Positions 10,280 through 20,797 are shown, counted from the stretch's first letter. The stretch is 64,000 bases of DNA from Spirochaetales bacterium (GCA_030615505.1 JAUWZD010000007.1:4702-68701); one strand, 5' to 3'. The notes: generated by a model not told the origin, from the sequence alone. Numbers and translations are program-made.

Positions 10280-11449
10280 TTATTCACTCCCGGCCTCAGC
10301 CTGCAGCTCATCTTCCTTGAACACAGAAACCGGCGGTTCCTCCGCTGCATCCCTGCCCGGAACGTATTCAAACATCTCTTGCAGCTCACTCCCAATCAAG
10401 CCGAATAAACTCGATATGGGGAGATCACTGGGACAGGCACTGTCGCACATACCGCAGCCTACACAGGAGGTAGCCATGTGGCTCATTCGCGTCAGGTGAA
10501 ATATCAATGTGTCACCGGGCATTCGAATTGCTCCCCTTCGATCAGCCCAGTTCAAGAACTGCTCCGATCTATGCTCGAAAACCAACGATTTGAATACACA
10601 TTCCTTGCAATAACAGATCGGGCAGACATTCATACAGTTATGACAACGAATACAGGTGGACAGGGTTTGCATGAATTTTTCAATAATATTTACCCGCTCC
10701 TTTAATTCATCTATGACCTTAACACGCTGTTCTCTTCTCTTATGAGTAACTTTCTCTATCACTTTCTCTCTGTTGGCTGAATTTCCCTCTTTAAGCTCCA
10801 GTGAAAACTTCTGCGCCAGTTCTTTCTCAAATCGCCCACCCGCCATTAGAAGTATCTCTTTCGAATGATCAAGTCCCAAAAGACCAATGGTGATATCCCC
10901 ATTCAGCGGAACAGGATATTCACAGATCTGACAGCACTCCCGAAAGTTGTAGCCTTGCCTCGGTCTTATTTCTCCTTCGCTTGCCCCTTCTAAAAATGCC
11001 TGTGGTGAAAGCTCCCTGTCTTTCTTCACCATCTCAGCGTAATCTCCAACCTCATAAGTTCCGGGGCAATCTACGCCAATTGTCACGACATTGTCCAAAT
11101 TTACCTGCAAGAACTTGACCATCTCCACCGCCGCTCTCAGCTCACAGGGCTTCAATACGACTCCTATCCGACCATCAAAAGGGCTTGAGGTAAGCTCTGA
11201 GAGTATCCGGGCAGACTGGACCGCCATGGTAGGGGCAATCGGATTGGCGTCTTCTAACATCCTTGAGTCTTTGATCAAGCTCTGAACGAAACCGTCACCG
11301 CCTGGTAGCAGCTTTGGTACCAATAATGCCTCTACAAACTTACTTTCCATCAGTCGTCCCAAGAACTTCCGCAGACTCCTTAATGTGTCTTTATTCTCAA
11401 CCTTGATTATTGTGCTCTTCATCCTCTGTACCCCATCTAGACCATCCAT
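10280..11449 (-). CDS. FrhB/FdhB-family Fe-S flavoprotein-like, HdrA-associated
   Basis: IGVVLKPCELRAAVEMV...TIGVDCPG N-terminal domain. C-terminal CIRCHNCMNVCPICYC...CVGCGMCDSACP. Paralog of 5204..6199. Confidence 0.5.
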   Translation of the reverse strand: MDGLDGVQRMKSTIIKVENKDTLRSLRKFLGRLMESKFVEALLVPKLLPGGDGFVQSLIKDSRMLEDANPIAPTMAVQSARILSELTSSPFDGRIGVVLKPCELRAAVEMVKFLQVNLDNVVTIGVDCPGTYEVGDYAEMVKKDRELSPQAFLEGASEGEIRPRQGYNFRECCQICEYPVPLNGDITIGLLGLDHSKEILLMAGGRFEKELAQKFSLELKEGNSANREKVIEKVTHKRREQRVKVIDELKERVNIIEKFMQTLSTCIRCHNCMNVCPICYCKECVFKSLVFEHRSEQFLNWADRRGAIRMPGDTLIFHLTRMSHMATSCVGCGMCDSACPSDLPISSLFGLIGSELQEMFEYVPGRDAAEEPPVSVFKEDELQAEAGSE

Positions 11450-11859
11450 AGCTGCTTAATCGGATTGGGCCCTTTATCTTTCAGCTCTTCAACCATCTGG
11501 GCTGTTGTGTCGGCGAACAACTTCCCCTCGGACGCGCTGATCCAGCGAAGCCATATGCGGTCCTCGTCGTAACCAAAGCGATTCAGTATTTTTTTTAATA
11601 TGGTTATCCTCCGGCGTGCCTTATAGTTCCCCGTCTGGTAATGACAGTCTCCGGGGTGACACCCTCCAATCAGCACACCGTCTGCTCCTTCGATCAGGGC
11701 CTTCAGCACATATATCGTATCCACCGCTCCTGTGCACATAAGACGTACGATCCTTATGTTAGGCGGGTACTGCAGCCGGCTCGTTCCGGCAAGATCCGCC
11801 CCGGTGTAGGTACACCAATTACACAAGAATGCCACTATCCTTGGCTCAAACTCCTGCAT
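11437..11859 (-). CDS. mvhD: MvhD/FlxD-like protein
   Basis: IVAFLCNWCTYTGADLAG...GCHPGDCHYQ. Downstream of the second HdrL gene. Confidence 0.85.
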   Translation of the reverse strand: MQEFEPRIVAFLCNWCTYTGADLAGTSRLQYPPNIRIVRLMCTGAVDTIYVLKALIEGADGVLIGGCHPGDCHYQTGNYKARRRITILKKILNRFGYDEDRIWLRWISASEGKLFADTTAQMVEELKDKGPNPIKQLWMV

Positions 11860-11929
11860 AAGATTCCTCCTGATTCGGCACTAATTCTATTGGTAAAGCT
11901 CATAAAACCCGAGCAAACATTCTTATACT

Positions 11930-14900
11930 TCATCCTATTACCTCATCCAAAATATCCAATATCGTCGATCTCTCGAAATCATACTGCTGGGATGCTCCAT
12001 TTGGACAGGATATCACACAGGTACCGCATCCTTTGCAAAGATCCTCCAATACATTGGCCTTGTTGCTTACCTCATCTATTATTCGCGCATCGTAGGGACA
12101 TGCTGAAACGCAAATCCCACAACCTGAGCACAACCGTTCGTTCACATAAGCCTGATTATCCGCGTATTCCTGGAAAGCGTTCCAAATCAGTGCCGAGGCA
12201 CGAGCAGCCGCTGCCTTTCCCTGGCAGATAGCATCCCCTATGTGGTTCGGCGAATGACTGAGCCCACAGAAATATTTACCCCGATCCACCGAATCCAGAG
12301 GGGCTGCCTTGGGGTTGGCCTCGGCGAAGAATCCGTCCGCGTTCAATTCTAAGCCGGCTATCTCCGCCAGACGGTGGTTGTCCTCATTGGGTGCTATCCC
12401 GCTGCTCAAGACCAGGAGGTCCGCCTCCAGGCTAATCCTTTCTTTGACCACGCTGTCAAAGAAAGAGACCCTCAAAGTGCCGCTTGAGGCCGAGACCTCT
12501 GGCCTGGCTTGAGGTTCATAGCGGACGAAGATCACTCCCTTCCCCCGGGCCTCGTGATAGTATTTCTCATAGAACCCATAGGTCCTCATATCTCTGTAAA
12601 GCACATATACATCGGCCTCCGGATTCAGCTCCTTGAGCTTTAGCGCATTCTTCACTGCCTGCCCGCAGCATACCCTGCTGCAGTAGGGGTGCTTCTCATC
12701 CCGCGACCCCACGCACTGTATCATCACCACCGTTTTTGCCTTTGCGGCTTTCTCCTCCCTGCCGGCGAGCAGTCGCTCAAATGACTTCTGCGTAAGAACG
12801 TTCTCGTTCTTACCAAAGAAATACTCATCCGGCAGTGCTTCTCTACCGCCGGTTGCGAATATCACCGCGCCGTGAAGGATCTCCTTCTCTTCACCGTCAG
12901 CCGAGATCAGCGAATGATAGCTCCCCCAGGTTCCCTCAAGAGCCTTGAGCTCCGAACCTTTGAGCACTTCTATCTTGGGATGGGCCTCAACCCTGGAAAC
13001 CATATCCCTGAGCAGGGCTTGAATGTCCGAACCTTTGAGCGTGTAGTAAGCGGTTCGTGCGATTCCTCCCAGCTTATCACTTTTCTCTACCAATGTTACA
13101 TCCATGCCCTGTTCTGCGAGGCTCAAGCCGCTTGAAAGCCCGGATATTCCCCCACCTACTACCAGGACCCTGGAGCACACTCTCTTCCTGCCTGCCCTCC
13201 TGGGAACCGCCAGTTTGGCCTTCCTGAGGCTTGCCTGTACCAAACTCTTTGCCTTGCTGGTGGCTGCCGGAGAATCAAGAGCATGAACGTTCGCGCACTG
13301 CTCACCTATGTTTGCGTAGTCCAGCAGGCAGGAGCCTGTCGAAACGGCCTTGCACACACTTCTCAATGCCTTGCTCAGCGCCATGCCTCTGTGACCGGCT
13401 ATCACAACCCTGGTCAGCTCCTTCTCAGCAATTTTATTCTTTATTTCGTCCGCGCCTTTCTTCAGGGAAGTGATGTTGACCTTTTCCACGCATACGATAT
13501 CCGGATCTTGCTCAAACAACCTCGTTATCTCCTCGATGTCTAACCCTTGCGCAAGCACTCCCCTGTTATCGCAGATGAAGACTCCTATCGCCAGGCTCTC
13601 CTCATCAGCGATATCCTTCTCCTCGAAAAACTCCTCCTCCTCGACAGCCCTTTGCTCAAAATCATCAAGGAGACCCGAGACATCCGCCGCTGCGCTGGAT
13701 GCCTCCACCACGGTCTCCGGTATGTCTCTTGGCTCACGAAAGGCGCCGGCCACATATATCCCGGGCACAGAGGTCTCTGTGGGGCGAAACTCGTCGGTCA
13801 GGCAGAAGTTGTATTCGTTCAACTCCACGCCCAGCCGTTCGGCTGTTTCCTTGACCCTCGCCGGGGGGATAAACCCGAGTGAGAGCACCACCATATCGAA
13901 CTCTTCTTCCTCAAGCTGTCCGTTTTCGAGTCCGTATGTAAACATGAGGCACTTGCTGCGCTGAAGCTCCCGAACGGCCGAAATCGCGCTCCTCAGATAG
14001 CGTATCCCGTACTCCTGCTTGGCCCTTTCGTAGTAGCGCTCGTAGTCCTTGCCCATGGCGCGGATATCCATATAGAAGATGGCCGCCTCCAGCTCTTTAT
14101 CCCGCTCTTTCGATACCATGGCCTGCTTGGTGGCGTACATGCAGCAAATACTCGAGCAGTAGCCCTGACCGCACGATGGGTCTCGAGAGCCGACGCATTG
14201 TATGAAGGCTACCTTCTTTGGCCTTTTGCCGTCGGAGGGGCGTCCCGGCAGCCCTCCGGTAGAGCTTGAGAAACTCATCATCCGCTCGTACTGGATGCTG
14301 GAGACAACATTCTTGTACCTCCCGAGCCCGTACTCACCCTTGTTCTCTCCCTGGAAGGGTTCGAATCCAAACCCCAAAACGATTGCTCCGACATTGAGCT
14401 TCCTCTCCCGGGACTTATCCTGGAGATTGATCGCGCCGGGCGAGCACACCTTCAGGCAATCCCCGCACTTCGTACACGACGTCTCATCTATCACATAGGA
14501 ACGTGGTATCGCCTGGGCGAAGGGCAGGTGTATGGCCTTGCGCTTCTCTATGCCCGCACCCAGCTCACTATCAACTTCGACCGGGCAGACCTCGACGCAT
14601 CTATTGCACAAGTCACATTTTTCAATATCAACGAATCTCGGCTTCTCCACATAGGATACCTCAAAGTTTCCGGCCTGCCCTGCAAGATCCTTTAGTTCGC
14701 AATTGGTCAGAAGCTCTATGTTTTCGTGGAAATCGCTCTCATATATCGGGCAGTAAGCCGGCGGCTTGGGGCTCATGAAGCAGACGCCGCACGAGTTGGT
14801 GGGGAATGTCCGGTCCAGCAGGGGAAAGAACCCGCCTATGGCAGGAGCGCTCTCAAGCACATAGATGCGGTGGTCCTTCTCAGCCAGCAGCAGGGCCGAC

Positions 14901-14959
14901 TGCATCCCCGCAATACCGCCGCCGATTACCAGTACATCCCTATTCATGTCCTTGCTCAT
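11930..14959 (-). CDS. hdrL: HdrL-type large HdrA-like flavoprotein (1009 aa), paralog of 6672..9701
   Basis: VIGGGIAGMQSALLL...LDRTFPTNSCGVC, FIQCVGSRD...CSSICC, second MIQCVGSRD...CSRVCC, C-terminal CxxCxxC ferredoxin domain. About 40% identical to the other HdrL by eye. Confidence 0.85.
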   Translation of the reverse strand: MSKDMNRDVLVIGGGIAGMQSALLLAEKDHRIYVLESAPAIGGFFPLLDRTFPTNSCGVCFMSPKPPAYCPIYESDFHENIELLTNCELKDLAGQAGNFEVSYVEKPRFVDIEKCDLCNRCVEVCPVEVDSELGAGIEKRKAIHLPFAQAIPRSYVIDETSCTKCGDCLKVCSPGAINLQDKSRERKLNVGAIVLGFGFEPFQGENKGEYGLGRYKNVVSSIQYERMMSFSSSTGGLPGRPSDGKRPKKVAFIQCVGSRDPSCGQGYCSSICCMYATKQAMVSKERDKELEAAIFYMDIRAMGKDYERYYERAKQEYGIRYLRSAISAVRELQRSKCLMFTYGLENGQLEEEEFDMVVLSLGFIPPARVKETAERLGVELNEYNFCLTDEFRPTETSVPGIYVAGAFREPRDIPETVVEASSAAADVSGLLDDFEQRAVEEEEFFEEKDIADEESLAIGVFICDNRGVLAQGLDIEEITRLFEQDPDIVCVEKVNITSLKKGADEIKNKIAEKELTRVVIAGHRGMALSKALRSVCKAVSTGSCLLDYANIGEQCANVHALDSPAATSKAKSLVQASLRKAKLAVPRRAGRKRVCSRVLVVGGGISGLSSGLSLAEQGMDVTLVEKSDKLGGIARTAYYTLKGSDIQALLRDMVSRVEAHPKIEVLKGSELKALEGTWGSYHSLISADGEEKEILHGAVIFATGGREALPDEYFFGKNENVLTQKSFERLLAGREEKAAKAKTVVMIQCVGSRDEKHPYCSRVCCGQAVKNALKLKELNPEADVYVLYRDMRTYGFYEKYYHEARGKGVIFVRYEPQARPEVSASSGTLRVSFFDSVVKERISLEADLLVLSSGIAPNEDNHRLAEIAGLELNADGFFAEANPKAAPLDSVDRGKYFCGLSHSPNHIGDAICQGKAAAARASALIWNAFQEYADNQAYVNERLCSGCGICVSACPYDARIIDEVSNKANVLEDLCKGCGTCVISCPNGASQQYDFERSTILDILDEVIG

Positions 14960-14979
14960 GATACCTTCTTCTGACCTCT

Positions 14980-15834
14980 CTATAAGAGATTCCGGGACTC
15001 TAAAAGAGCTCTTGGATTCATTACATGTTTATCCCACCACTCATCTCTTCCCGGAAGATCCATAGCTATTCCCATCAGTTCCGTGAAATAGAACACAGGT
15101 AGTTTGGCATGGTTCCTGCCCGATTGCCTCATGTCCAGGTTAATCTGGCAGAGCCCACAGCTGACCATCGCGCAATCCGCCTCAGCCTCTAGCGCCATTC
15201 CGGTGATCTTGTCCGCTATCCCCACGGCTATCTTCCCGTGGGACATCCCCAGATCAGCACCGCAGCAGTCTGTCTTGTAGGACCAATCCAGTGCCTCGCC
15301 GCCCAGAGCCGTTACAATATCGTCCAGGAACATCGGGTTCTCAAAATCACCCATCTGTACAACCTTGGGGTCACGAACAAGAGCGCATCCGTAATAAGAG
15401 ACTACCTTAAGTCCGGAAAGCGGTTTCTTTACGTGGCTCTTCAGCCTATCCAGACCGACCTGGTCGAGAACCACATCGTGCATCAGCTTTATTTCCAGAT
15501 CCCCTCTGTACTTGAAGCCCACGATACCCTCGAGCTTCTTCCTCATATCGGGGTCATTTAAAAGTGCGTACTGAGCCCTCTTGACGGCATTGAAACAGCC
15601 TGCGCAGGGAATCGCCAGGGGTAAATCCCGCATCTGTGCCCTGGCTATGTTCCTGGCAGGAAGAGCAAGCCCGAGCAAATTACTCAAGCTGTGAGCGGCG
15701 GCAGCTCCGCAGCAGTTCCAATCATCTATCTCCATCAACTTGACTCCCAACTTATCAAAAACAGCGTGCAGGGAAAGGCTGTATTCAATACCTGTCGAAT
15801 GTGCCGTACAGCCGGGATAAAAAGAAACTTCCAA
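14980..15834 (-). CDS. hdrB: Heterodisulfide reductase subunit B-like (two CCG domains)
   Basis: YPGCT...CCGAAAAHS and later YYGCALVRD...CCGADLG, i.e. two CCG cysteine-rich domains. Confidence 0.85.
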   Translation of the reverse strand: MEVSFYPGCTAHSTGIEYSLSLHAVFDKLGVKLMEIDDWNCCGAAAAHSLSNLLGLALPARNIARAQMRDLPLAIPCAGCFNAVKRAQYALLNDPDMRKKLEGIVGFKYRGDLEIKLMHDVVLDQVGLDRLKSHVKKPLSGLKVVSYYGCALVRDPKVVQMGDFENPMFLDDIVTALGGEALDWSYKTDCCGADLGMSHGKIAVGIADKITGMALEAEADCAMVSCGLCQINLDMRQSGRNHAKLPVFYFTELMGIAMDLPGRDEWWDKHVMNPRALLESRNLL

Positions 15835-15837
15835 TGA

Positions 15838-16398
15838 TTATTCCTCTCTTTCCAGTTGGCCTTTGGTCTTGTAGGCCTTCTCATACAGCTTCCGTATCTC
15901 TTCGATCCCCTCCATCTGCTTGGGTATGAACGGAATCTTTCCCTTAGCCATCAGTGTGAGTCCTGAGGGCATTGGTGAGAAAAGATCAAGAGTTCGGATC
16001 ATATACGCTACGAAGAAGGTGGCCTCGTGCAGCCGGCCCCACATCTTGATTGACCTCATGAACTCTTCATGTAACTGTACTACGTTCCTCTCGGCCTCGT
16101 AGGCGCAGCCTTCCTCTATAGATAACTCCCTGAGGGTGTCCATGACCGCGCTCATATCTACCTCGTTAGGGCATCTCGCCCCGCAGGTCATGCAGGATAC
16201 ACAGAGCCAGATAGCGTGGCTCTTTAATACCTTCTCTCTCTCCCCGTACTGGATCATGCGTATCAAGGCGTTGGGCTTAAACTCCATATAAGAGGAGAGC
16301 GGGCACCCCACAAAGCATTTTAAACACTGGTAGCAGGCTTCAATGTTTTGTCCGCTGCGCTCCCTTACTTCCTTGATGAAACTCCTGTCTCTTTTCAT
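15838..16398 (-). CDS. hdrC: Heterodisulfide reductase subunit C-like (2x[4Fe-4S])
   Basis: CYQCLKCFVGCP and CVSCMTCGARCP. 3-bp gap to hdrB. Confidence 0.8.
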   Translation of the reverse strand: MKRDRSFIKEVRERSGQNIEACYQCLKCFVGCPLSSYMEFKPNALIRMIQYGEREKVLKSHAIWLCVSCMTCGARCPNEVDMSAVMDTLRELSIEEGCAYEAERNVVQLHEEFMRSIKMWGRLHEATFFVAYMIRTLDLFSPMPSGLTLMAKGKIPFIPKQMEGIEEIRKLYEKAYKTKGQLEREE

Positions 16399-16401
16399 TC
16401 T

Positions 16402-19400
16402 CTACTCCAATGCCGCGCTGACCATTTCAAATAATTGTTTCGCCCTGAATCCAAGCTGTTGCACAGCTCCCGAAGGACAGGCGCTTGCACAGGCCCCACA
16501 GCCCTTACACAGAGCCGCGTTAATTTTAGACACTCTCTTTCCCCTCACCGTAACTATCTCAGGTGCGTCATAGCTGCAAACAGAGACACAAATACCGCAG
16601 GCTGCACACACATCCTCATCCACAGAGCAGACGATTGCCTCCGGCGTGTATTCTGCCTTGGATATGATCGTGGCGGCACGACTGGCCGCTGCTTCGGCCT
16701 GGGTAATCGTCTCTTCGACATTTTTAGGTGCATGAGCCATGCCGGCAAGGAAGACACCGTCTACGGAGAAATCCACCGGACGCAGCTTCATATGAGCTTC
16801 AAGGAAAAACTTCTCCTTAGTCAGGGGGGTTTTAAGCATTTTTGCAATATCCTCCACATCGTCCTGTGGCACTATGGCCGGTGCAAGTACAAGAAGATCG
16901 CTGTCGATCTGCAGCATGCTTCCCAGGATAGGATCCTTGGTCTCGATCCGTAATCTTCCATTGGCCGCAGACACAAGCGGCTTCTGATCCACATCATAGC
17001 GGACAAACCTTACCCCCTTCTCTCGTGCCGCCGTATAATACCTCTCCCGGAAGCCATAAGTTCTCAGTTCCCGATACAGGATAAATACGTCCGTTTCCGG
17101 ATAATCCTCTTTTATTTTAAGCGCGTTCTTGATCGCCTGCGAGCAGCATATTCTGCTGCAGTACATCCTGTCCCCTTCGCGTGAACCAACGCATTGGATC
17201 ATCACCACCCTCTTTGCCTCGAACTCTCCCCGGGCAAGCTTTTCCTCCAGCTCACGCTGGGAAACTACCCTTTCCTCGGAGCCGTACATGTACTCGTCGG
17301 GCATACGTTCCCTGGCCCCGGTGGCTACGATTACTGCGCCGTGTTCAATCTCAGCTTCTTTCCCGTCCTGCGTGATCGCGGTCTTAAAATTGCCGACAAA
17401 CCCGTCAACGGATTTTATATTCGCGCCCATCCAGACCCTGATATTCGGATGGTTATTGACCTTCAGGATCATCTCTCCAAGCTGTCTCTGCGGATCTTCT
17501 GCACCAAGAAGGTAGTGCACATTCTTGAGATTTCCACCAAGTTCTTCCTCTCTTTCTACGATATTCACCTCGAAGCCCTGCTCAGCGAGATTGAGAGCCG
17601 CAGTCATTCCACCCATGCCGCCGCCGATGACCAGAGCCCCGCTCTTGACCGGTATGGGCATGCTGTAGAGAGGCTCTATCAGGCGGGCCTTGGCAACTGC
17701 CATACGAACCAAATCCTTGGACTTTCTCGTCGCTTCTTCCGGTTGGTGCATATGTACCCAGGAGCACTGGTCTCGGATATTCGCCATCTCGAAAAGATAA
17801 GGATTTAGACCCGCATCCCGAACGGTTTCCCGGAATAGCGGCTCATGAGTGCGGGGGGTGCAGGATGCGACCACAACCCTGTTGAGATTGTACTCCTCTA
17901 TCGCCTTCTTGATGCTTTCCTGAGTATCGATGGAACAGGTGTAGAGGTTGTCTTGGGCAAAAACAACGTCAGCTAACGTCTTGGCATATTCACGTACCTC
18001 AGGTACGTTTACTACTCCGCCGATGTTCACACCACAGTGACATACGAAAACGCCTATGCGAGGTCTTTGACCGGATACGTCTCTCTCGGGAGGCCATTCC
18101 TTCTGCGTCACAAGGGTACCGCGCTTCTCAGTTAATAGGGCCATAGCCTTTGCTGATGCGCTCGAGGCCTCCATCACGGTTTCCGGAATGTCCTTCGGCT
18201 CGGAAAACGGCCCACAGACGTATACACCCGGCCTTGACGACTCTACAGGATTGAACATTGAGGTTAAGGCGAACCCATTGCTGTCGAGCTCCACCTCGAA
18301 TTTCTTTGCCAGTTCCTTGACCTCCGCAGGTGGACGCAGTCCTGTCGAAAGAACAACAAGGTCGAACTCCCTGGTGACAAAATGGTTATCTTCATCGGTA
18401 TAACCGATACGGAGGTTCCTGGTCTGCTCTATCTCTTCAACAGAGGAGGGCCGACACCGGGTGTAGATTACACCCAGCTCTTTGGCGCGTTCGTAGTAGG
18501 CATCGAAGCCCTTGCCGAAGGCCCGCAGATCCATAAAGAAGATATTGCACTCAAGGTCCTCCTCATGTTCCATGGAGATGATAGCCTCCTTGGTAGCGTA
18601 CATGCAGCAAACCGACGAACAGTAGTTTCGTTCCGCGTCCCTTGACCCGACGCACTGGATGAAGGCGATCCTCTTTGGCGCCTTGAGGTCTGATGGACGG
18701 ACGATCTTCCCCCCATGCGGACCGCTTGCTGAGAGCAAGCGCTCGAATTGGAGACTGGTGATTACGTTCGGATACCAGGCATAGCCCAGCTCAAGCTTTT
18801 GACCTGCCTCGAAAATACAGTAGCCGGGAGTAAGGATGGCAGCTCCAACCTCGATTTCGACGACCTCGTCTTCCTGCGAATAGTCTATCGCCCCTGCCGG
18901 GCAGAAGGCCTCACATGCCTTACAGGCGCCGGTAAGAAAATGTATGCAGTGCTCTCTGTCGATTACCGGCACGTTGGGAAGAGCCTGGGGAAAGGGAATA
19001 TAGATGGCAGGTCGACTTACAAGCCCGGCATTATAGTCGGAGGCTATAGGCCGGGCTTGTCGGGTAGCAACATCTTCCACGGTCGCTGTACTGGTCGGAC
19101 ACACAACCTGGCAGGCCCCGCAGGCCATGCAGATAGGTGAATGTTTGTCATAGGCCGGCCCGACCTTACGGGTGTCGCCGCGGCCGCTGAAGTCGATCGC
19201 TCCTGTTTTCATCAGCTCTGAGCATACTCTGGTGCACAGGCCGCAGAGTATGCAGTCTTCGTTCTTCTTCGGGAAACGAGTATCAGTGACCCCAAGCTCC
19301 GCAGCGACCTCTTTTACCTTCTCCGAATCCGGGCACCGGGCCAGGAGGAGTTCCGCCATGATCCGCCGCGTCCTTTGCACCTTCTCGCTGTTTGTGCGGA

Positions 19401-19632
19401 CCACCAGACCTTCCTGCAAAGAGAAGGTACAGGCAGCCTTGAGCTGAGTGCGTGCCCGCTCCCCCACCTCTACCAGGCAGAGGCGGCAGGCGCCGTAGCT
19501 GGGTAAGCCTTTGCGATAGCAGAGAGTGGGTATCTTTATGCCCAACTCCTGGCAAGCCTCCAGGACGGTGCTGCCTGATTCCGTGCTCACCTGCCGGTCG
19601 TCGATTTTTAGGGTGATCTTACTCATAGGCAT
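16402..19632 (-). CDS. Fusion protein: NuoG/HydA-N-terminus-like [2Fe-2S]+[4Fe-4S] domain joined to an HdrL-like flavoprotein that lacks the N-terminal FAD-binding segment (1076 aa)
   Basis: N-terminus ITLKIDDRQV...CYRKGLPSYGACRLCLVEV (plant-type 2Fe-2S as in NuoG/HydA), then CILCGLCTRVC and CMACGACQVVCP. The HdrA body picks up at IPFPQALPNVPVIDREHCIHFLTGACKACEAFCP, which aligns to the HdrL region after residue ~130. FIQCVGSRD...CSSVCC, then a second FAD domain with MIQCVGSRE...CSRICC. Confidence 0.8.
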   Translation of the reverse strand: MPMSKITLKIDDRQVSTESGSTVLEACQELGIKIPTLCYRKGLPSYGACRLCLVEVGERARTQLKAACTFSLQEGLVVRTNSEKVQRTRRIMAELLLARCPDSEKVKEVAAELGVTDTRFPKKNEDCILCGLCTRVCSELMKTGAIDFSGRGDTRKVGPAYDKHSPICMACGACQVVCPTSTATVEDVATRQARPIASDYNAGLVSRPAIYIPFPQALPNVPVIDREHCIHFLTGACKACEAFCPAGAIDYSQEDEVVEIEVGAAILTPGYCIFEAGQKLELGYAWYPNVITSLQFERLLSASGPHGGKIVRPSDLKAPKRIAFIQCVGSRDAERNYCSSVCCMYATKEAIISMEHEEDLECNIFFMDLRAFGKGFDAYYERAKELGVIYTRCRPSSVEEIEQTRNLRIGYTDEDNHFVTREFDLVVLSTGLRPPAEVKELAKKFEVELDSNGFALTSMFNPVESSRPGVYVCGPFSEPKDIPETVMEASSASAKAMALLTEKRGTLVTQKEWPPERDVSGQRPRIGVFVCHCGVNIGGVVNVPEVREYAKTLADVVFAQDNLYTCSIDTQESIKKAIEEYNLNRVVVASCTPRTHEPLFRETVRDAGLNPYLFEMANIRDQCSWVHMHQPEEATRKSKDLVRMAVAKARLIEPLYSMPIPVKSGALVIGGGMGGMTAALNLAEQGFEVNIVEREEELGGNLKNVHYLLGAEDPQRQLGEMILKVNNHPNIRVWMGANIKSVDGFVGNFKTAITQDGKEAEIEHGAVIVATGARERMPDEYMYGSEERVVSQRELEEKLARGEFEAKRVVMIQCVGSREGDRMYCSRICCSQAIKNALKIKEDYPETDVFILYRELRTYGFRERYYTAAREKGVRFVRYDVDQKPLVSAANGRLRIETKDPILGSMLQIDSDLLVLAPAIVPQDDVEDIAKMLKTPLTKEKFFLEAHMKLRPVDFSVDGVFLAGMAHAPKNVEETITQAEAAASRAATIISKAEYTPEAIVCSVDEDVCAACGICVSVCSYDAPEIVTVRGKRVSKINAALCKGCGACASACPSGAVQQLGFRAKQLFEMVSAALE

Positions 19633-20081
19633 TCACCTTTTCTAGTGTCAAAGCGGGTAACATCTGTACCTCTCCTGTGCTCGTAGAGGAAATCGACCCC
19701 GCGATGCCCCGCCACCAGTGTCTCCAGGGTAGCGTAAGTGTCGCCCAGTGGTTTGCGGTCAGGATGGCTGCGGCGGAAGGTTGCCCTGATCCTCGTGCCG
19801 GCCTCCGGCCTGGAGGATATTTCAAACTTACCCTCTGCTTCCCTGGTTGCTTGAGCCAATAGTGCCAGGCCCAACCCGATTCTCTTTTCAGACTTTGTGG
19901 TAAAGAAGGGATTGGCTGCCTGGCGCATTGTCTCCGAATCCATACCCTTGCCGTCATCCTCGATCTGAAGGGTAAGCAGGTCATTTTCCAGGTCCTCGAC
20001 CAAAGAGATCCCGATCAGTTTTGCCTCAGCGCGGATCGAGTTCTCTACGATGTCCATAATATGAAACGATAGATCTTTCAT
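19623..20081 (-). CDS. GHKL-type ATPase (HATPase_c, anti-sigma regulatory factor-like)
   Basis: IEDDGKGMD...GLGLALL motifs; 152 aa with no kinase H-box. Confidence 0.6.
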   Translation of the reverse strand: MKDLSFHIMDIVENSIRAEAKLIGISLVEDLENDLLTLQIEDDGKGMDSETMRQAANPFFTTKSEKRIGLGLALLAQATREAEGKFEISSRPEAGTRIRATFRRSHPDRKPLGDTYATLETLVAGHRGVDFLYEHRRGTDVTRFDTRKGECL

Positions 20082-20797
20082 TGCCCTGTAATTATCCTCC
20101 GTCCCCCTGTTCGCCTGAGGGCCATCCCTATCTCCGCTGCTGTTCCATTCTCAACTAGAAAGCAAGTCTGCCTGGTACCGATCTCCCCGGGACGGTGAGC
20201 GTCCGAAGACCGAATCACAGGTGTATTTCCAGGCAGTGCAGGTAGTCTTTCGGAGCATACCTCCACCCCGTCCAGCTTCAGGTCCTCCGGGATGAATCCG
20301 AGCTGGCTGAGCACGCTGAAGCTAGGACGGTCCACATGAGATGCTATCGCCAGGCCATTGAACTCGTGGATAATCCGCACGACTTCATCCAGACTCAGAT
20401 CCGTGGCCCCGATCAACAGCTTCCGATTGCGGCGGATCACCCTGTCCTGTCCATCCATCACCAGTTGTTCACCGAAGATGCCGGGATCGTTCTCGCCCGG
20501 GAGATTGTCATAGATGACATCCTGAACCGCACTCAGAAGGCGGTCCTCCTGGAAGAGCCCCAGCACATGCACTTCCTCACGGGAGGTTATCTCCATACCT
20601 CCGATCACGGCCAGCCCAACCTTTTCTGCTGCTCGGACCACCGCCTGGACGTTCTCCGCTGAGTTGTGGTCACAGATCGCAATCAGATCCAATCCTTTCT
20701 CTCGAGCTTGCCTGGTCACCGTCAAAGGAGACATCTCCCTCTCTGCGCACGGTGAAAGGCAGGTATGTATATGCATATCAGCATGCAGTGCCCTCAC
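20078..20797 (-). CDS. PHP-domain phosphoesterase
   Basis: N-terminus ADMHIHTCLSPCA, then DLIAICDHN, the PHP metal-binding histidine/aspartate pattern. Confidence 0.7.
   Translation of the reverse strand: MRALHADMHIHTCLSPCAEREMSPLTVTRQAREKGLDLIAICDHNSAENVQAVVRAAEKVGLAVIGGMEITSREEVHVLGLFQEDRLLSAVQDVIYDNLPGENDPGIFGEQLVMDGQDRVIRRNRKLLIGATDLSLDEVVRIIHEFNGLAIASHVDRPSFSVLSQLGFIPEDLKLDGVEVCSERLPALPGNTPVIRSSDAHRPGEIGTRQTCFLVENGTAAEIGMALRRTGGRRIITGQ

Noticed and set aside
16435-19140. Plus-strand ORFs 16435..16953, 17194..17808, 18748..19140 and others within the 1076-aa NuoG-HdrA gene
   Set aside because: Antisense to a continuous 3.2-kb minus-strand ORF with dense conserved motifs, and no start context. 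Rejected as spurious.
6672-19632. Checked the HdrA/HdrL and MvhD genes for in-frame TGA (selenocysteine), as in some methanogen and deltaproteobacterial homologs
   Set aside because: All three large HdrA-like ORFs and both MvhD ORFs are uninterrupted with Cys at the conserved positions. There is no evidence for Sec.
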